From NCBI GenBank assembly GCA_034521595.1, contig JAXHMG010000003.1, forward strand, positions 2,272,001-2,336,000: a DNA stretch of 64,000 nucleotides, read 5' to 3'. This document shows positions 44,132 to 53,632 of this stretch, piece by piece. The translations under genes were made by a program, and so were the position numbers. Each line of letters opens with the position of its first letter. Position 1 is the first letter of the stretch. This DNA is from Gemmatimonadota bacterium (lineage in GTDB: Bacteria > Gemmatimonadota > Gemmatimonadetes > Longimicrobiales > Gaopeijiaceae). The notes beneath the pieces were generated by a model. The model searched no databases. It saw only the letters and a program-made list of their open reading frames with translations, and was not told the origin of the DNA.

Positions 44132-45151
44132 ATGACGTTGATGCACGAGACCCAGCCGCCTCGCGTTTCCGTGGCCATCCCCCTCTACGAAGAAGAAGAG
44201 GGGCTCCCCGAGCTCCTTCGTCGGCTGAGTGCGGTCGTGGACGGACTTCCCGGCGAAGGCCACGAAATGGTATTTGTGGACGACGGCAGCGGGGACCGGA
44301 CCCCCGAGCTGTTGAGGAGCGCCGCCGTTGCCGACCCTAGAATAACCGTCGTCTCGCTGTCGAGGAACTTCGGTCATCAAGCGGCCCTCTCGGCCGCCCT
44401 GGAGTTCGTGGAGGGTGACGTCGTCGTGCTCATGGACGGGGATCTGCAGGATGCGCCCGAAGCCATCCCCGCCATGCTCGAGCGCGTGAGAGACGGCTAC
44501 GACGTCGTCTATGCGAAGAGAGACCGGCGCAAGGAGCCCTGGTGGCTCCGCCTGTCGTACTTTACATACTATCGGCTCCTGTCGACGGTCTCCAATGTCG
44601 ACCTTCCGGTGGATGCAGGGGACTTCGCCGCATTCACGAGGCCGGTCCTGAACGCGATCCTCAGCGCCCCGGAACGACACCGGTACCTCAGGGGACTCCG
44701 TGCATGGGCAGGGTTCCGGCAAACGGGGATCCCCGTCGAACGCGACGCTCGCCACCACGGGCGGAGCAAGTACGGACTTCGAAAGCTTCTTCGGCTCGCG
44801 AGCGACGGAATCTTTTCGTTCTCCATCGTCCCGATCCGAGTTGCAGCGGCCCTCGGCGGACTCTCGATCCTCGCGACATCACTTTTCGCGCTCTACGCAC
44901 TCTGGGCGAAGATCTTCCTCGACCGTTCCCCTCAAGGCTTCACCGCACAAATCCTGGTGATCACGTTCGTGTCCGGGGTAAACCTGCTGTTCCTCGGAAT
45001 CATCGGCGAGTATGTCGGTCGGGTTTACGAGGAAACGAAGGCGCGCCCTCTGTACGTCGTCCGACGTGTGCAGCGCGGTGGCGACGAGGCAGCCCAGGCG
45101 CCGAAGTCCACTGGAATCGAGTCCGTTGTCCGGAGTTCAACGAATGGATGA
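44132..45151 (+). CDS. GT2 polyprenol-phosphate glycosyltransferase (GtrB/ArnC/DPM1-like)
   Basis: VDDGSGD, LSRNFGHQ.A, MDGDLQD, GDF, two C-terminal TMs, GEYVGRVY.E.K.RP.Y. Confidence 0.92.
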   Translation: MTLMHETQPPRVSVAIPLYEEEEGLPELLRRLSAVVDGLPGEGHEMVFVDDGSGDRTPELLRSAAVADPRITVVSLSRNFGHQAALSAALEFVEGDVVVLMDGDLQDAPEAIPAMLERVRDGYDVVYAKRDRRKEPWWLRLSYFTYYRLLSTVSNVDLPVDAGDFAAFTRPVLNAILSAPERHRYLRGLRAWAGFRQTGIPVERDARHHGRSKYGLRKLLRLASDGIFSFSIVPIRVAAALGGLSILATSLFALYALWAKIFLDRSPQGFTAQILVITFVSGVNLLFLGIIGEYVGRVYEETKARPLYVVRRVQRGGDEAAQAPKSTGIESVVRSSTNG

Positions 45152-45938
45152 CGATGTAGCGCGGAACGAGGGGGCGGACAAGGAGGCGCCCGGCATGTTG
45201 GAAGCGGCGTACGCGGCCCGGTACGCCGATCTCTACGCCCGACACTGGTGGTGGCGAGCGCGTGAGGAAATCGTGGTGGACGAGGTCGGCCGGATCGCGG
45301 AGGCCTGGGATGGGGACCGAGCCATCCTGGACGTGGGATGCGGCGATGGACTCATCTTTCCGAGGTTGGCGCAGTTCGGAGACGTCGAGGGTGTGGAACC
45401 CGACAGCCGGCTCGTCACGGGCCGGTCCGACCATGTCATCCACACCGTGCCGTTCGAGGACTTCTCCCCGGCGAGGCGCTACTCCCTGATCCTCATGCTG
45501 GACGTCCTCGAGCACCTCGAGAACCCGATCGCCGCGTTACACCGGTGCCGCGAGCTCCTCGAACCGGATGGACGACTCGTCCTCACGGTACCCGCCTTCA
45601 AAGCTCTCTGGACGACGCATGACGACCTAAACCACCACTTCACCCGTTACCGAAAAAGGACGCTTCGGACCGTCATCGACACGGCGGGCCTCAACCTCGA
45701 TGACACCAGATACCTCTTCCATTGGGTCTTCATCGCGAAAGTCGGGGTGCGCCTCATCGAGACGTTCCGCAGAAAAAGCGCGTCGTTGCCGGCCGTACCG
45801 CGCGGACCTGCAAATCGTGCCCTGTATCGTTTGTGCAGATTAGAGGACCGGTTGTTGGGTCCTCTTCGCCTTCCATTCGGGAGCTCGTTATTGGCGAAGT
45901 GCTCGGTTGGGTCGACGCCCCCCCCACGAAGCGGATGA
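45144..45938 (+). CDS. Class I SAM-dependent methyltransferase
   Basis: HWWWRAR, ILDVGCGDG, DVLEHL, TVPA...LW..HD..NHH..RY; overlaps the GT2 stop. Confidence 0.88.
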   Translation: MDDDVARNEGADKEAPGMLEAAYAARYADLYARHWWWRAREEIVVDEVGRIAEAWDGDRAILDVGCGDGLIFPRLAQFGDVEGVEPDSRLVTGRSDHVIHTVPFEDFSPARRYSLILMLDVLEHLENPIAALHRCRELLEPDGRLVLTVPAFKALWTTHDDLNHHFTRYRKRTLRTVIDTAGLNLDDTRYLFHWVFIAKVGVRLIETFRRKSASLPAVPRGPANRALYRLCRLEDRLLGPLRLPFGSSLLAKCSVGSTPPPRSG

Positions 45939-45982
45939 AGCGATCGAGGGCTAGCACCTGATCCTCTCGGGGCTTCTGCTCC

Positions 45983-46582
45983 CTAAGCCCCCCGTCCCGC
46001 CAACGCCCTCCGGATCAAGGCGTCGGTGTCCTCGGGCACATCCTCGGCGAGGACGGCACGCACGGCCTGGTCGGCCTCGCCGAAGGTATAGCCCAAGGCG
46101 ACGAGCGCGTTCACGGCAGCCTGCGTCGCCGGGCGCCCGTCGGCGGCCGCACCTTCCGTCGGGGTGACGATCGTGAGGTCCTCCACTTTGTCCGAGAGCT
46201 CCAGCGCGATCTTCTCGGCCTTCTTCTTCCCCACCCCGCTCACCTGCTGGAGCGCCGTGACGTCCTTCTCCACGAGGGCCCGGGCGAGCCGCTCCACCGA
46301 GTACGTGGACATCATCGCGAGCGCGACCTTGGCGCCGACGCCGGACGCGCCCAAGAGGCGTTGAAAGAGGGTTCGCTCGGCGGCCTCACGGAAGCCGTAC
46401 AGGGCAGCCGACACGTCGGTCACGACCTGAACGGTGCGCAACGTCACCGAGCTCCCCACCTCGGGCAGGCTCTGGAAGACGGTCAACGGGATCTCGATCT
46501 CGTACCCGACTCCCCCCGAAGTCTCGATCTCGACGCGGTCCGGCTCCCGCGTGAGCAATGCCCCGCTCACCCGCGAGATCAT
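45983..46582 (-). CDS. ruvA: Holliday junction DNA-binding protein RuvA
   Basis: GGVGYEI, LYGF, SGVGAKVA, GVGKKKAEKI..EL, ALVALGY. Confidence 0.96.
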   Translation of the reverse strand: MISRVSGALLTREPDRVEIETSGGVGYEIEIPLTVFQSLPEVGSSVTLRTVQVVTDVSAALYGFREAAERTLFQRLLGASGVGAKVALAMMSTYSVERLARALVEKDVTALQQVSGVGKKKAEKIALELSDKVEDLTIVTPTEGAAADGRPATQAAVNALVALGYTFGEADQAVRAVLAEDVPEDTDALIRRALAGRGA

Positions 46583-47091
46583 ATCCGCCCCACGGGGAAT
46601 GCCCCCATCAGACAGTGACACAGGGCGGCCGCCACCCCGTCCGCGGCATCGGCCGGACTCGGGGGATCTTTGAGGCGGAGCTGCGTCTTGACCATGAAGC
46701 CCACCTGATCCTTGGATGCGTTGCCGTGCCCGACCACGGCCTTCTTGATCTGCCGGGGTGCGTATTCCGCGACGGGAAGATCGCGCAGGGCGGCGGCCAG
46801 CAGAATGGCGCCACGGGCGTGTCCGAGCTTCAGCGCGCTCTGGGCATTCTTACCGTGGAAGACATCCTCGACCGACAGCACCTCGGGACGATGGCACTCG
46901 AGCAAAGCCACGATCTCGTCATGAATCTCGCGGATGCGCCGTGCCATGGGCTCTCCGGCCGACGTCCGGATCACGCCGCACTCCACGAGCCGGATCCGGC
47001 CCGGACCTTCCCGGGCGACCACGCCGTATCCGGTGGCGGCGGTACCCGGATCGACGCCGAGGACGATGACCTCGTCCGGGCCACGGTCCAC
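46579..47091 (-). CDS. ruvC: Crossover junction endodeoxyribonuclease RuvC
   Basis: LGVDPG...TGYGV, VEDVF, LGHARG, K.AVVG.G.A.K.QV, DAAD. Confidence 0.96.
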   Translation of the reverse strand: MDRGPDEVIVLGVDPGTAATGYGVVAREGPGRIRLVECGVIRTSAGEPMARRIREIHDEIVALLECHRPEVLSVEDVFHGKNAQSALKLGHARGAILLAAALRDLPVAEYAPRQIKKAVVGHGNASKDQVGFMVKTQLRLKDPPSPADAADGVAAALCHCLMGAFPVGRI

Positions 47092-47095
47092 GACG

Positions 47096-47842
47096 CTACA
47101 TCGCTCCGGCGAGGACCGCTTCGTCGATGTCGGCGTTCGAATGCACCTTCTGGACGTCGTCGAGATCGTCGAGGTCCTCGAGGAGCTTCAAAAGCTTCTC
47201 CGCATCCTTTCCCTCGACGGGCACCTCGTTCGTCGCGATCCGCGTGAGCTCCGCGGAGCTCACTTCGACCCCGGCGTCCTTGATCCCTTCTTGCACCTGG
47301 GCGAAATCCGTGGGCTCCGCGGTGACGATGAACTCGTCTCCGTCGCGCTCGACATCCTCCGCGCCGGATTCGATCGCCGCTTCGAACACGGAATCTTCGT
47401 CGTATCGCTTGGCGTCGATGACGATCTGGCCCTTCCGGTCGAACTGCCACGCCACGGACCCGTCGGTGCCCAGGCTCCCCTCGTACTTGCCGAGCAGGTG
47501 ACGGACGTCCGCGACGCTGCGGTTGGTGTTGTCCGTGAGACACTCGATAAAGAGCGCCACGCCACCCGGGCCGTACCCTTCGTAGGTGACCTCCTCGTAG
47601 GCCACGCCCTCGAGGTCGCCGGTCCCCTTCTTGATGGCCCGGTCGATGTTCTCGGCCGGCATCGACGCGGCCTTGGCCGAATCGACGGCCAGCCTCAGGC
47701 GGGGATTGTACTCCGGATCACCACCCCCTTCCCGCGCCGCGACCGTGATCTCGCGGATGAACTTGGTGAATTGAGCGCCACGCTTCGCGTCGTTTACCGC
47801 CTTCTTGCGCTTGATCTTCGACCACTTGTTATGCCCTGCCAC
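47096..47842 (-). CDS. yebC: YebC/PmpR family protein
   Basis: GTG start AGHNKWSKIKRKK, NPRLR, YEGYGPGG, TDNTNR, DDVQ.V. Confidence 0.95.
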   Translation of the reverse strand: MAGHNKWSKIKRKKAVNDAKRGAQFTKFIREITVAAREGGGDPEYNPRLRLAVDSAKAASMPAENIDRAIKKGTGDLEGVAYEEVTYEGYGPGGVALFIECLTDNTNRSVADVRHLLGKYEGSLGTDGSVAWQFDRKGQIVIDAKRYDEDSVFEAAIESGAEDVERDGDEFIVTAEPTDFAQVQEGIKDAGVEVSSAELTRIATNEVPVEGKDAEKLLKLLEDLDDLDDVQKVHSNADIDEAVLAGAM

Positions 47843-47951
47843 GAACCCTCCGGATTCCTGCGTGACTTGTCGAGCGGAGGCCAGTCCGACGGACCGCTCC
47901 ACATCCGGCATACCCACGGCCGGGCTCGGCGTTCGGCCACGGCGCGCCCGC

Positions 47952-47971
47952 GTCGGCGGCGCCCCGCCGAC
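47952..47971. terminator. Stem-loop just downstream of the amidase stop (possible terminator)
   Basis: GTCGGCGG-cgcc-CCGCCGAC, a perfect 8-bp stem; no U-tract. Confidence 0.35.
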
Positions 47972-47986
47972 ATTCACCACGGGTCG

Positions 47987-49579
47987 TCAGGGCGCCGGCG
48001 TCAGCTCCGGGGCACGACGAGCCTGCATCTCCTGCTCGAGCGTGTAGGCGTACGAAAGCAGCTCCGACTCCGTCCACGTATCACCGATGAGCGCCAGAAC
48101 GAACGGAGTGCCATCGTCGTAATATCCGAACGGCACCGTCACGACCGGCACGCCCAGAGCGTTGATGATGTTGCTGGGAAGCTCCGCCCAGTTGTTCGGC
48201 TTGTAGTCCGGACGCTCCGGGTCTTCCACGAGCGGTCGGTTGGGCTCGCCGGACTGCGGGAAGAACAGCGCGTCTAGGTCGTTCTCGTCCAGGACCTGGC
48301 GGAACAGCGCTCGGATCTCGTGGCGCCATGCCTGATACGCGTCCCCTTCTTCCGTGGCGCTAGGACGCGCCGGGGGCACGAGCTCGCCGTCCCGGCGGGC
48401 ACGGTCGAGCGTCCGTCCGCTCAATGCTTCCCACTCCTCCACGGAGTCGAAGGGAGCTCCCGGCCCGAGACGCTTGAAATACGTATGGATGTCGTAGGCG
48501 GCCTGCGTGGATACCCGCGGGCTCTCTTCGTAGAGCTCCTTGAAGCCCGTGCCCTCGAACGGGTCCTCCACCGCCGTGCCACCCAGCCTCTCGAGGACGG
48601 CCACCGCCTCGCGATACATGGCTTCGGTCTTCTCGTGGAGCGGCAGGAAGTCGTCTCGCCACCCGGTGCCCACGAGACCGAAGCGCTTACCCCGGATCGC
48701 CCCCGGAACGAGACTCGCTTCGTATCCGCTTGCGGGAAGGTGCTCCGCGGCCGCATAGGTCGCGAGGTCCTCGGGCGTGGGCCCTGCGAGGACGTCGAGC
48801 GCCACGGCCGCGTCCCGCACCGTCCGAGCCAACGGCCCCACCACGTCCACGTAGGTGCCGCTCAACGGCACGATCCCGTCGAACGGCGTGAGCCCGTAGG
48901 TTGGCTTGATGCTCGCCAGCCCTTGAGCTCCAGCGGGGTTCTCGATGGATCCGCCGGTTTCCGTACCGAGCCCCAGAACGGCGAACGACCCGTTCACCGC
49001 CGTGGCCGTCCCCCCGCTCGATCCGCCCGGGACCTTGGTGACGTCGTACGGATTGAGCGTGACCCCCTCGACCGAGCTTTCCGTGCGAGTGCCGTGCCCG
49101 GCGAAATCGGGGAGGTTCGTCTTCCCGAGGATGACGGCACCGGCTTCACGCAGACGTTTCACGACCGTGGCATCCCGTTCGGGGATCATGTCCACGCCGC
49201 CCGCCGCGCTGCTGAAGCCGTCGAAGCCGGCGGTGGTCACCAGCCCACCGTAGTCGATGTTGTCCTTGATGACGACCGGGACTCCATGGAGCGGGCTTCT
49301 CGGGCCGGATCCGGCATACTCCACGTCGAGCGCTTGCGCGATCGCGAGCGCGTCGGGGTTCATCGAGATGAACGCGTTGTAGTGACTCTCATAGCGTTGG
49401 ATCCGTTCCAGGGAAGCACGCGTGAGGTCTTCGGCGGTGAACCGACCCTCTCGGAGTCCTTCCTCGATGTCGGCGACCGTGAGCTCGACCGGGTCGAGCT
49501 GGGCCCGAGCCGCGGTAGGGATCAGGACGAGGGTGAGGGCTACCCCCAGGAGCTGTCGTATCAGCGTGGCTCGGATCAT
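47987..49579 (-). CDS. Secreted amidase-signature family enzyme (Sec signal)
   Basis: Signal peptide ending ARA; LHGVPVVIKDN, GKTN, PGGSSGG, GTETGGSI (Lys-Ser-Ser triad). Confidence 0.9.
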   Translation of the reverse strand: MIRATLIRQLLGVALTLVLIPTAARAQLDPVELTVADIEEGLREGRFTAEDLTRASLERIQRYESHYNAFISMNPDALAIAQALDVEYAGSGPRSPLHGVPVVIKDNIDYGGLVTTAGFDGFSSAAGGVDMIPERDATVVKRLREAGAVILGKTNLPDFAGHGTRTESSVEGVTLNPYDVTKVPGGSSGGTATAVNGSFAVLGLGTETGGSIENPAGAQGLASIKPTYGLTPFDGIVPLSGTYVDVVGPLARTVRDAAVALDVLAGPTPEDLATYAAAEHLPASGYEASLVPGAIRGKRFGLVGTGWRDDFLPLHEKTEAMYREAVAVLERLGGTAVEDPFEGTGFKELYEESPRVSTQAAYDIHTYFKRLGPGAPFDSVEEWEALSGRTLDRARRDGELVPPARPSATEEGDAYQAWRHEIRALFRQVLDENDLDALFFPQSGEPNRPLVEDPERPDYKPNNWAELPSNIINALGVPVVTVPFGYYDDGTPFVLALIGDTWTESELLSYAYTLEQEMQARRAPELTPAP

Positions 49580-51288
49580 CGGTCTCCGTCCAAGGATGTC
49601 ATGTTCGGGTGTCGTCGGTGCCAGCTTGTGGCGCGCTGAAAGGCGTGCGCCACGCCAAGGATCTTGTCGTCGGCGAACAGGCCACCGATCAGCATCGTGG
49701 TGAGCGGCATCTCCGTCGGACTGTCGTCACCGGGATTTCGGATCCCGAAGCCATACGGGACGACCACCGAAGGATGCCCGGTGGTGTTCGTCAAGCCGAT
49801 GTGCCCGGAGCCGCTCACGAACATATCGAAGCCGGTCATCACCCGCTGCATCTCCTTCATGAGCAGGTATCGGCGCCGTTGCGACTGTACGTACTCCACG
49901 GCCGTGACGTCACGCCCACGTGTGAAGCGGGTCCTGCGGCGGCGCTCGCGGTCGTCGAGGTCCTGCGGAAGGGGCTCCGGCTCCCCGTCGGGGGCAACGT
50001 GGAACTCGAACGCGGCCGCCCCCTCGACGGTGATCGCGTTGGACCGTCCCTCGGGTAGCTCGGGCATGCGGGTCAGGCTAGCGCCGAGGTCGGTGAGCTG
50101 GTCGAGGAACGCCTCGGGAGCGTCGTCGGCGTACCCGATCGTGTAGGTGGCCAGGTCGGGCCCTCGTTCGAACCGGAACGGCGTCGTCAAGGTGCTCGGA
50201 TCTTTCTCGTCGGCCCCGTGGATCGCGTGAAAGACGTGGGCGCAGTCCTCGATGCTCCGGCACAAGGGTCCCGGCTTGTCCATGCTCCAGGAAAGGACCA
50301 TCCCCCCGTACCGGCTGACCCGCCCGTGCGTCGGGCGCAAGGCGCTCAAGCCGGTCCGGCGGGCAGGAGACACGATCGATCCCTGCGTCTCGGTGCCGAT
50401 GGCGAAGCCGACGAGCCCCGCCGCCGTCGCGGATCCGGGGCCGGCCGAAGAGCCACTCGATCCCTCGTCGGGGTTCCACGGGTTCCGCGTGCGCCCGCGG
50501 AACCAGCGATCGCCTTGCGCGAACTCTCCGGTCGCGAGCTTCGCGATGAGCACCGCACCCGCTTCCCGAAGCCGAACCACGATCTCGGAATCGTAGTCGA
50601 GCACCTGATCCCGAAATGCTTCCGAGCCCCACGCCGTGCGCGAACCGGACACCGCGAAGAGATCCTTGATGCCGTACGGCACGCCGTGGAGAGGCCCGCG
50701 CCAGTGGCCGGCCCGGAGCTCGGCGTCGGCCTGTTGCGCCTCCTCACGCGCCCGTTCCTCGAGGATCTGGACCGCGCAAAGGAGGATCGGGTCGTAGCGC
50801 CGAAGGCGATCGAGGTACATGTCGGTGAGCTCGACCGAGGTGACGTGCCCCGCCCGGAGAAGCGCCCCCAACCGGTGAGCCGGCAGAAAAGCGATCTCCT
50901 CCTCGGATGACGGGACGGAGCCGGTCCACGGCTCGAGATCCACCGGCGTGCGCTGGAACGGGTTCCCGCCGTGCTCCTTCCACAGCTTCTCGAGCAGCGC
51001 ACCGGTGCCGCCCGGATACGCCTGGAACTGGAGCGCGGGAGGCTCGTGGTTGCCGAGCGCGGCCTCCTGAACCTCTTGCAACGCCCGGGCCGCCCCGGCC
51101 ATTCCACTCGCCAAGCCCGGGCTCGACCGAGCCGTGCCCGTGGCTCCGGACAAGCTCGCGGGTCCGAGCGCACCCGCGGCCGCCGCGGCGGCCGCGGCCT
51201 TCAGGAAATCCCGGCGATGGATCGGGGGCACGAGCTCGCTGTCGAGCTTTCCGCCGAAGGGTCGTGGCCCCGTCCTCTGGTCGTCCAT
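49576..51288 (-). CDS. Tat-exported amidase-signature family enzyme
   Basis: RRDFLK twin-arginine signal; LHGVPYGIKDL, GSSGSSAG, GTETQGSIVSP; GAGGAG RBS. Confidence 0.9.
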   Translation of the reverse strand: MDDQRTGPRPFGGKLDSELVPPIHRRDFLKAAAAAAAAGALGPASLSGATGTARSSPGLASGMAGAARALQEVQEAALGNHEPPALQFQAYPGGTGALLEKLWKEHGGNPFQRTPVDLEPWTGSVPSSEEEIAFLPAHRLGALLRAGHVTSVELTDMYLDRLRRYDPILLCAVQILEERAREEAQQADAELRAGHWRGPLHGVPYGIKDLFAVSGSRTAWGSEAFRDQVLDYDSEIVVRLREAGAVLIAKLATGEFAQGDRWFRGRTRNPWNPDEGSSGSSAGPGSATAAGLVGFAIGTETQGSIVSPARRTGLSALRPTHGRVSRYGGMVLSWSMDKPGPLCRSIEDCAHVFHAIHGADEKDPSTLTTPFRFERGPDLATYTIGYADDAPEAFLDQLTDLGASLTRMPELPEGRSNAITVEGAAAFEFHVAPDGEPEPLPQDLDDRERRRRTRFTRGRDVTAVEYVQSQRRRYLLMKEMQRVMTGFDMFVSGSGHIGLTNTTGHPSVVVPYGFGIRNPGDDSPTEMPLTTMLIGGLFADDKILGVAHAFQRATSWHRRHPNMTSLDGDR

Positions 51289-51359
51289 CTCCTCGCCCCT
51301 TTCGATGACGTGATCGAAGCCGACAGGATGTGTCGCGCGCACCCGCGAGGCAAGCAGGC

Positions 51360-52472
51360 TCACAGGACGAGGACCGCCTCGGCGACCAACCCCGGCCCGA
51401 ACGCGAGCGCCACGCACGGGAGGGGCGCGTTTTCGCGCCGCAGCTTCTCGAGGATGAAGAAGATCGTGGCGGACGACATGTTCCCGTGCGCGGCCAGCAC
51501 CTCCCGAGCCGCCCGGTTCCGCTGCCGATCCAAGCCCAACGCGTCTTCGACCGCGCCGAGAATCCTGGGACCGCCCGGGTGGACGGCCCACGTCGCGATC
51601 CGGTCGAGGCCGGAGCCCGAAGCTTCGAGCCATCCGGCCAGCCAGGATCGCAGCTCCTCACCGATGACCTCGGGAACGCGCGGTGACAAGGTCATGCGAA
51701 ACCCGTGGTCTCCGATCCGCCACGTCATGTCCTCCTCGGAGTCGTCGAGCAGGACGGTGCCGGTCGCGGCGACACGCCAGCGCTGTACGGACGGCTCGGC
51801 CGCGAAGGTCGGGGCCTCCAAGCCCTCGCAAACCACCGCACCGGCCCCATCCGCGAACAGTGCGTTCGCGACCATGACCTCCGGATCCCATCCATAGCAG
51901 AAGTGGAGGCTGCAGAGCTCGACCGAGCACACGAGGGTCCGACCCGACGGCTCGCCCCCCGCGAATCCGTGCGCGACACGAAGTCCGTTGAGCGCTCCGT
52001 GACATCCCATGAACCCCACCTGGGTTCGGGTGACGTCACGCGGAAGCCCCAGCGTCCGGATCAATCCGTGGTCCACCCCGGGCGAGGTGAAGCCGGTACA
52101 CGAAACCGTGACCAGATTGGAGATCGCGCCGGCGGACACCCCGGCGTCCGTGAGCGCCCTCCTCGCAGCCCGGGCCGCGAGCTCCGGGGCCGTCCGCTCA
52201 TACATCGTCATCCGCCGGGCCGTGGAGGGACCCAGATCTCCCTCCTCCCGGACCGGCCGATAGAACCGTTGGCGGTCGCGGAGCTCGCCGTGTTCACGCT
52301 CGAGCAGAACGCTACCGCGACGCACCACTCCGGATCGTCGGTACAGGGCGCGGAGCGTCCGCGCATGCGCATCGTCGAGCCCGCCGAGCTCGGCGTGGAG
52401 CCGGGCCGTCTCCTCCTGCGGGGCATCGTATGGAGGCGTAGCGGTGCCGATTCCCGAAATGAGCATGCTCAT
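51360..52472 (-). CDS. Type III polyketide synthase (chalcone/stilbene synthase-like)
   Basis: Catalytic Cys-His-Asn in GFMGCHG, VHPGG and HGNMSS; also VELCSLH, ALFADGA, FGPGL. ATGA overlap with the upstream gene. Confidence 0.93.
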   Translation of the reverse strand: MSMLISGIGTATPPYDAPQEETARLHAELGGLDDAHARTLRALYRRSGVVRRGSVLLEREHGELRDRQRFYRPVREEGDLGPSTARRMTMYERTAPELAARAARRALTDAGVSAGAISNLVTVSCTGFTSPGVDHGLIRTLGLPRDVTRTQVGFMGCHGALNGLRVAHGFAGGEPSGRTLVCSVELCSLHFCYGWDPEVMVANALFADGAGAVVCEGLEAPTFAAEPSVQRWRVAATGTVLLDDSEEDMTWRIGDHGFRMTLSPRVPEVIGEELRSWLAGWLEASGSGLDRIATWAVHPGGPRILGAVEDALGLDRQRNRAAREVLAAHGNMSSATIFFILEKLRRENAPLPCVALAFGPGLVAEAVLVL

Positions 52473-53632
52473 CCGACAGCGCTCGACGACAGGGCCGGGG
52501 GCAGCCGACCGACCCGACGGACGACCGGGTCCGCCGCGGCCGGTACCTTGGACAGCACCGCCAGAGCCAGCCCGACGAGAACCGGATGCCGAAGGCCCCG
52601 GGAGATCCGACGACAGAGCCGGCGGGCACCCTCGAGCTCGACGGTTCGATAGCGTTCCCAGGCGACCGCGAGCTCCGTGTCCCAACCGCGGACGCCCCGC
52701 AACGCGTACGGCACCACCGCTCGGGCCGAGGCGAGCGCCCACCCCATCCCTTCACCCGTGAAGGGCTCGACGTAGCCCATCGCATCTCCGATCCGGAACA
52801 GCCGGTGTTCAGCGACCAGTCCGGGCGCGCGACTCAGCGGCGGGGTGCCCCGCCATCCATGCACCAGCCGGCCCGTGAGGTCGAGGCCCGCTTCCGCCAG
52901 GATCGCGTCCACGGCCACGCGAGGGCCTCCGGAACGGAGTGCGGTCGGGTCGACGGCCGCCGCGACGTCCAGCGTGCCATCCTCGAGACGCACCATCCCG
53001 ACGTAGCCCGTGCGCCCGACGATCATCCGCAGCGTCCCTGCCGGAGCAGCTTCGACTTGTTCGTCCCGGCGGCGGAGCATGCCATTCTCCAGCACCGCCC
53101 CCAGACCGATCCGGGTGCCATCCGCCACGTGTTCCGGGGCGCGGACACCGGGCGCGCCCGCCAACCCCGCTGCATCGAGCACGACGGACGCGCGCACCTC
53201 GGTCTCCACCCCCTCACGGATGACGCGCACCACACGCTCCTCATTCTCCTCGCCTGCGAGCGCACATGCACGCGCGGGCGCCTCGGTCCAGCAGACGGCG
53301 CCCGCCCGCTCGGCTTCGCGCATCAGCGCCTCGTCCATGGCGGCACGGGACCAAGCCACCGACCGGCCGAGGCGGAGGCTCGCACGGCGCCCCCCTCCCT
53401 CCAGCACGAGCCGATCGAGCTCGATCGCGCCACCCGCTTCCGAAAGCCGACCCAACCCGACATCGTCGAGAACGGACAGGGCACCGCCCCCCACGCACGC
53501 GCCACACACCTTCCAGCGCGGCACGGCGCGGCGCTCGACGAGGAGCACGGAAGCGCCTTCCAGGGCGAGCTGGCGTGCCGCCAAACACCCCGCCGGACCG
53601 CCCCCGATGACCAGAACGTCGACCCGATTCAC
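52469..53632 (-). CDS. FAD-dependent oxidoreductase (geranylgeranyl reductase / monooxygenase-like)
   Basis: DVLVIGGGPAG, R.KVCG, DAAG, IGDA.G.VEPFTGEGM..A; GTGA overlap. Confidence 0.85.
   Translation of the reverse strand: MNRVDVLVIGGGPAGCLAARQLALEGASVLLVERRAVPRWKVCGACVGGGALSVLDDVGLGRLSEAGGAIELDRLVLEGGGRRASLRLGRSVAWSRAAMDEALMREAERAGAVCWTEAPARACALAGEENEERVVRVIREGVETEVRASVVLDAAGLAGAPGVRAPEHVADGTRIGLGAVLENGMLRRRDEQVEAAPAGTLRMIVGRTGYVGMVRLEDGTLDVAAAVDPTALRSGGPRVAVDAILAEAGLDLTGRLVHGWRGTPPLSRAPGLVAEHRLFRIGDAMGYVEPFTGEGMGWALASARAVVPYALRGVRGWDTELAVAWERYRTVELEGARRLCRRISRGLRHPVLVGLALAVLSKVPAAADPVVRRVGRLPPALSSSAVG

Noticed and set aside
42036-45982. Prophage, IS or integron origin of the glycosylation insert
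   Set aside because: No integrase, transposase, terminal inverted repeats or recognisable attC; it is reported only as an insertion with a short direct repeat.
47987-51288. gatA call for the amidases
   Set aside because: Both carry export signals, lack the GatA-type DTGGSIRQPA motif, and have no gatB/gatC neighbours.
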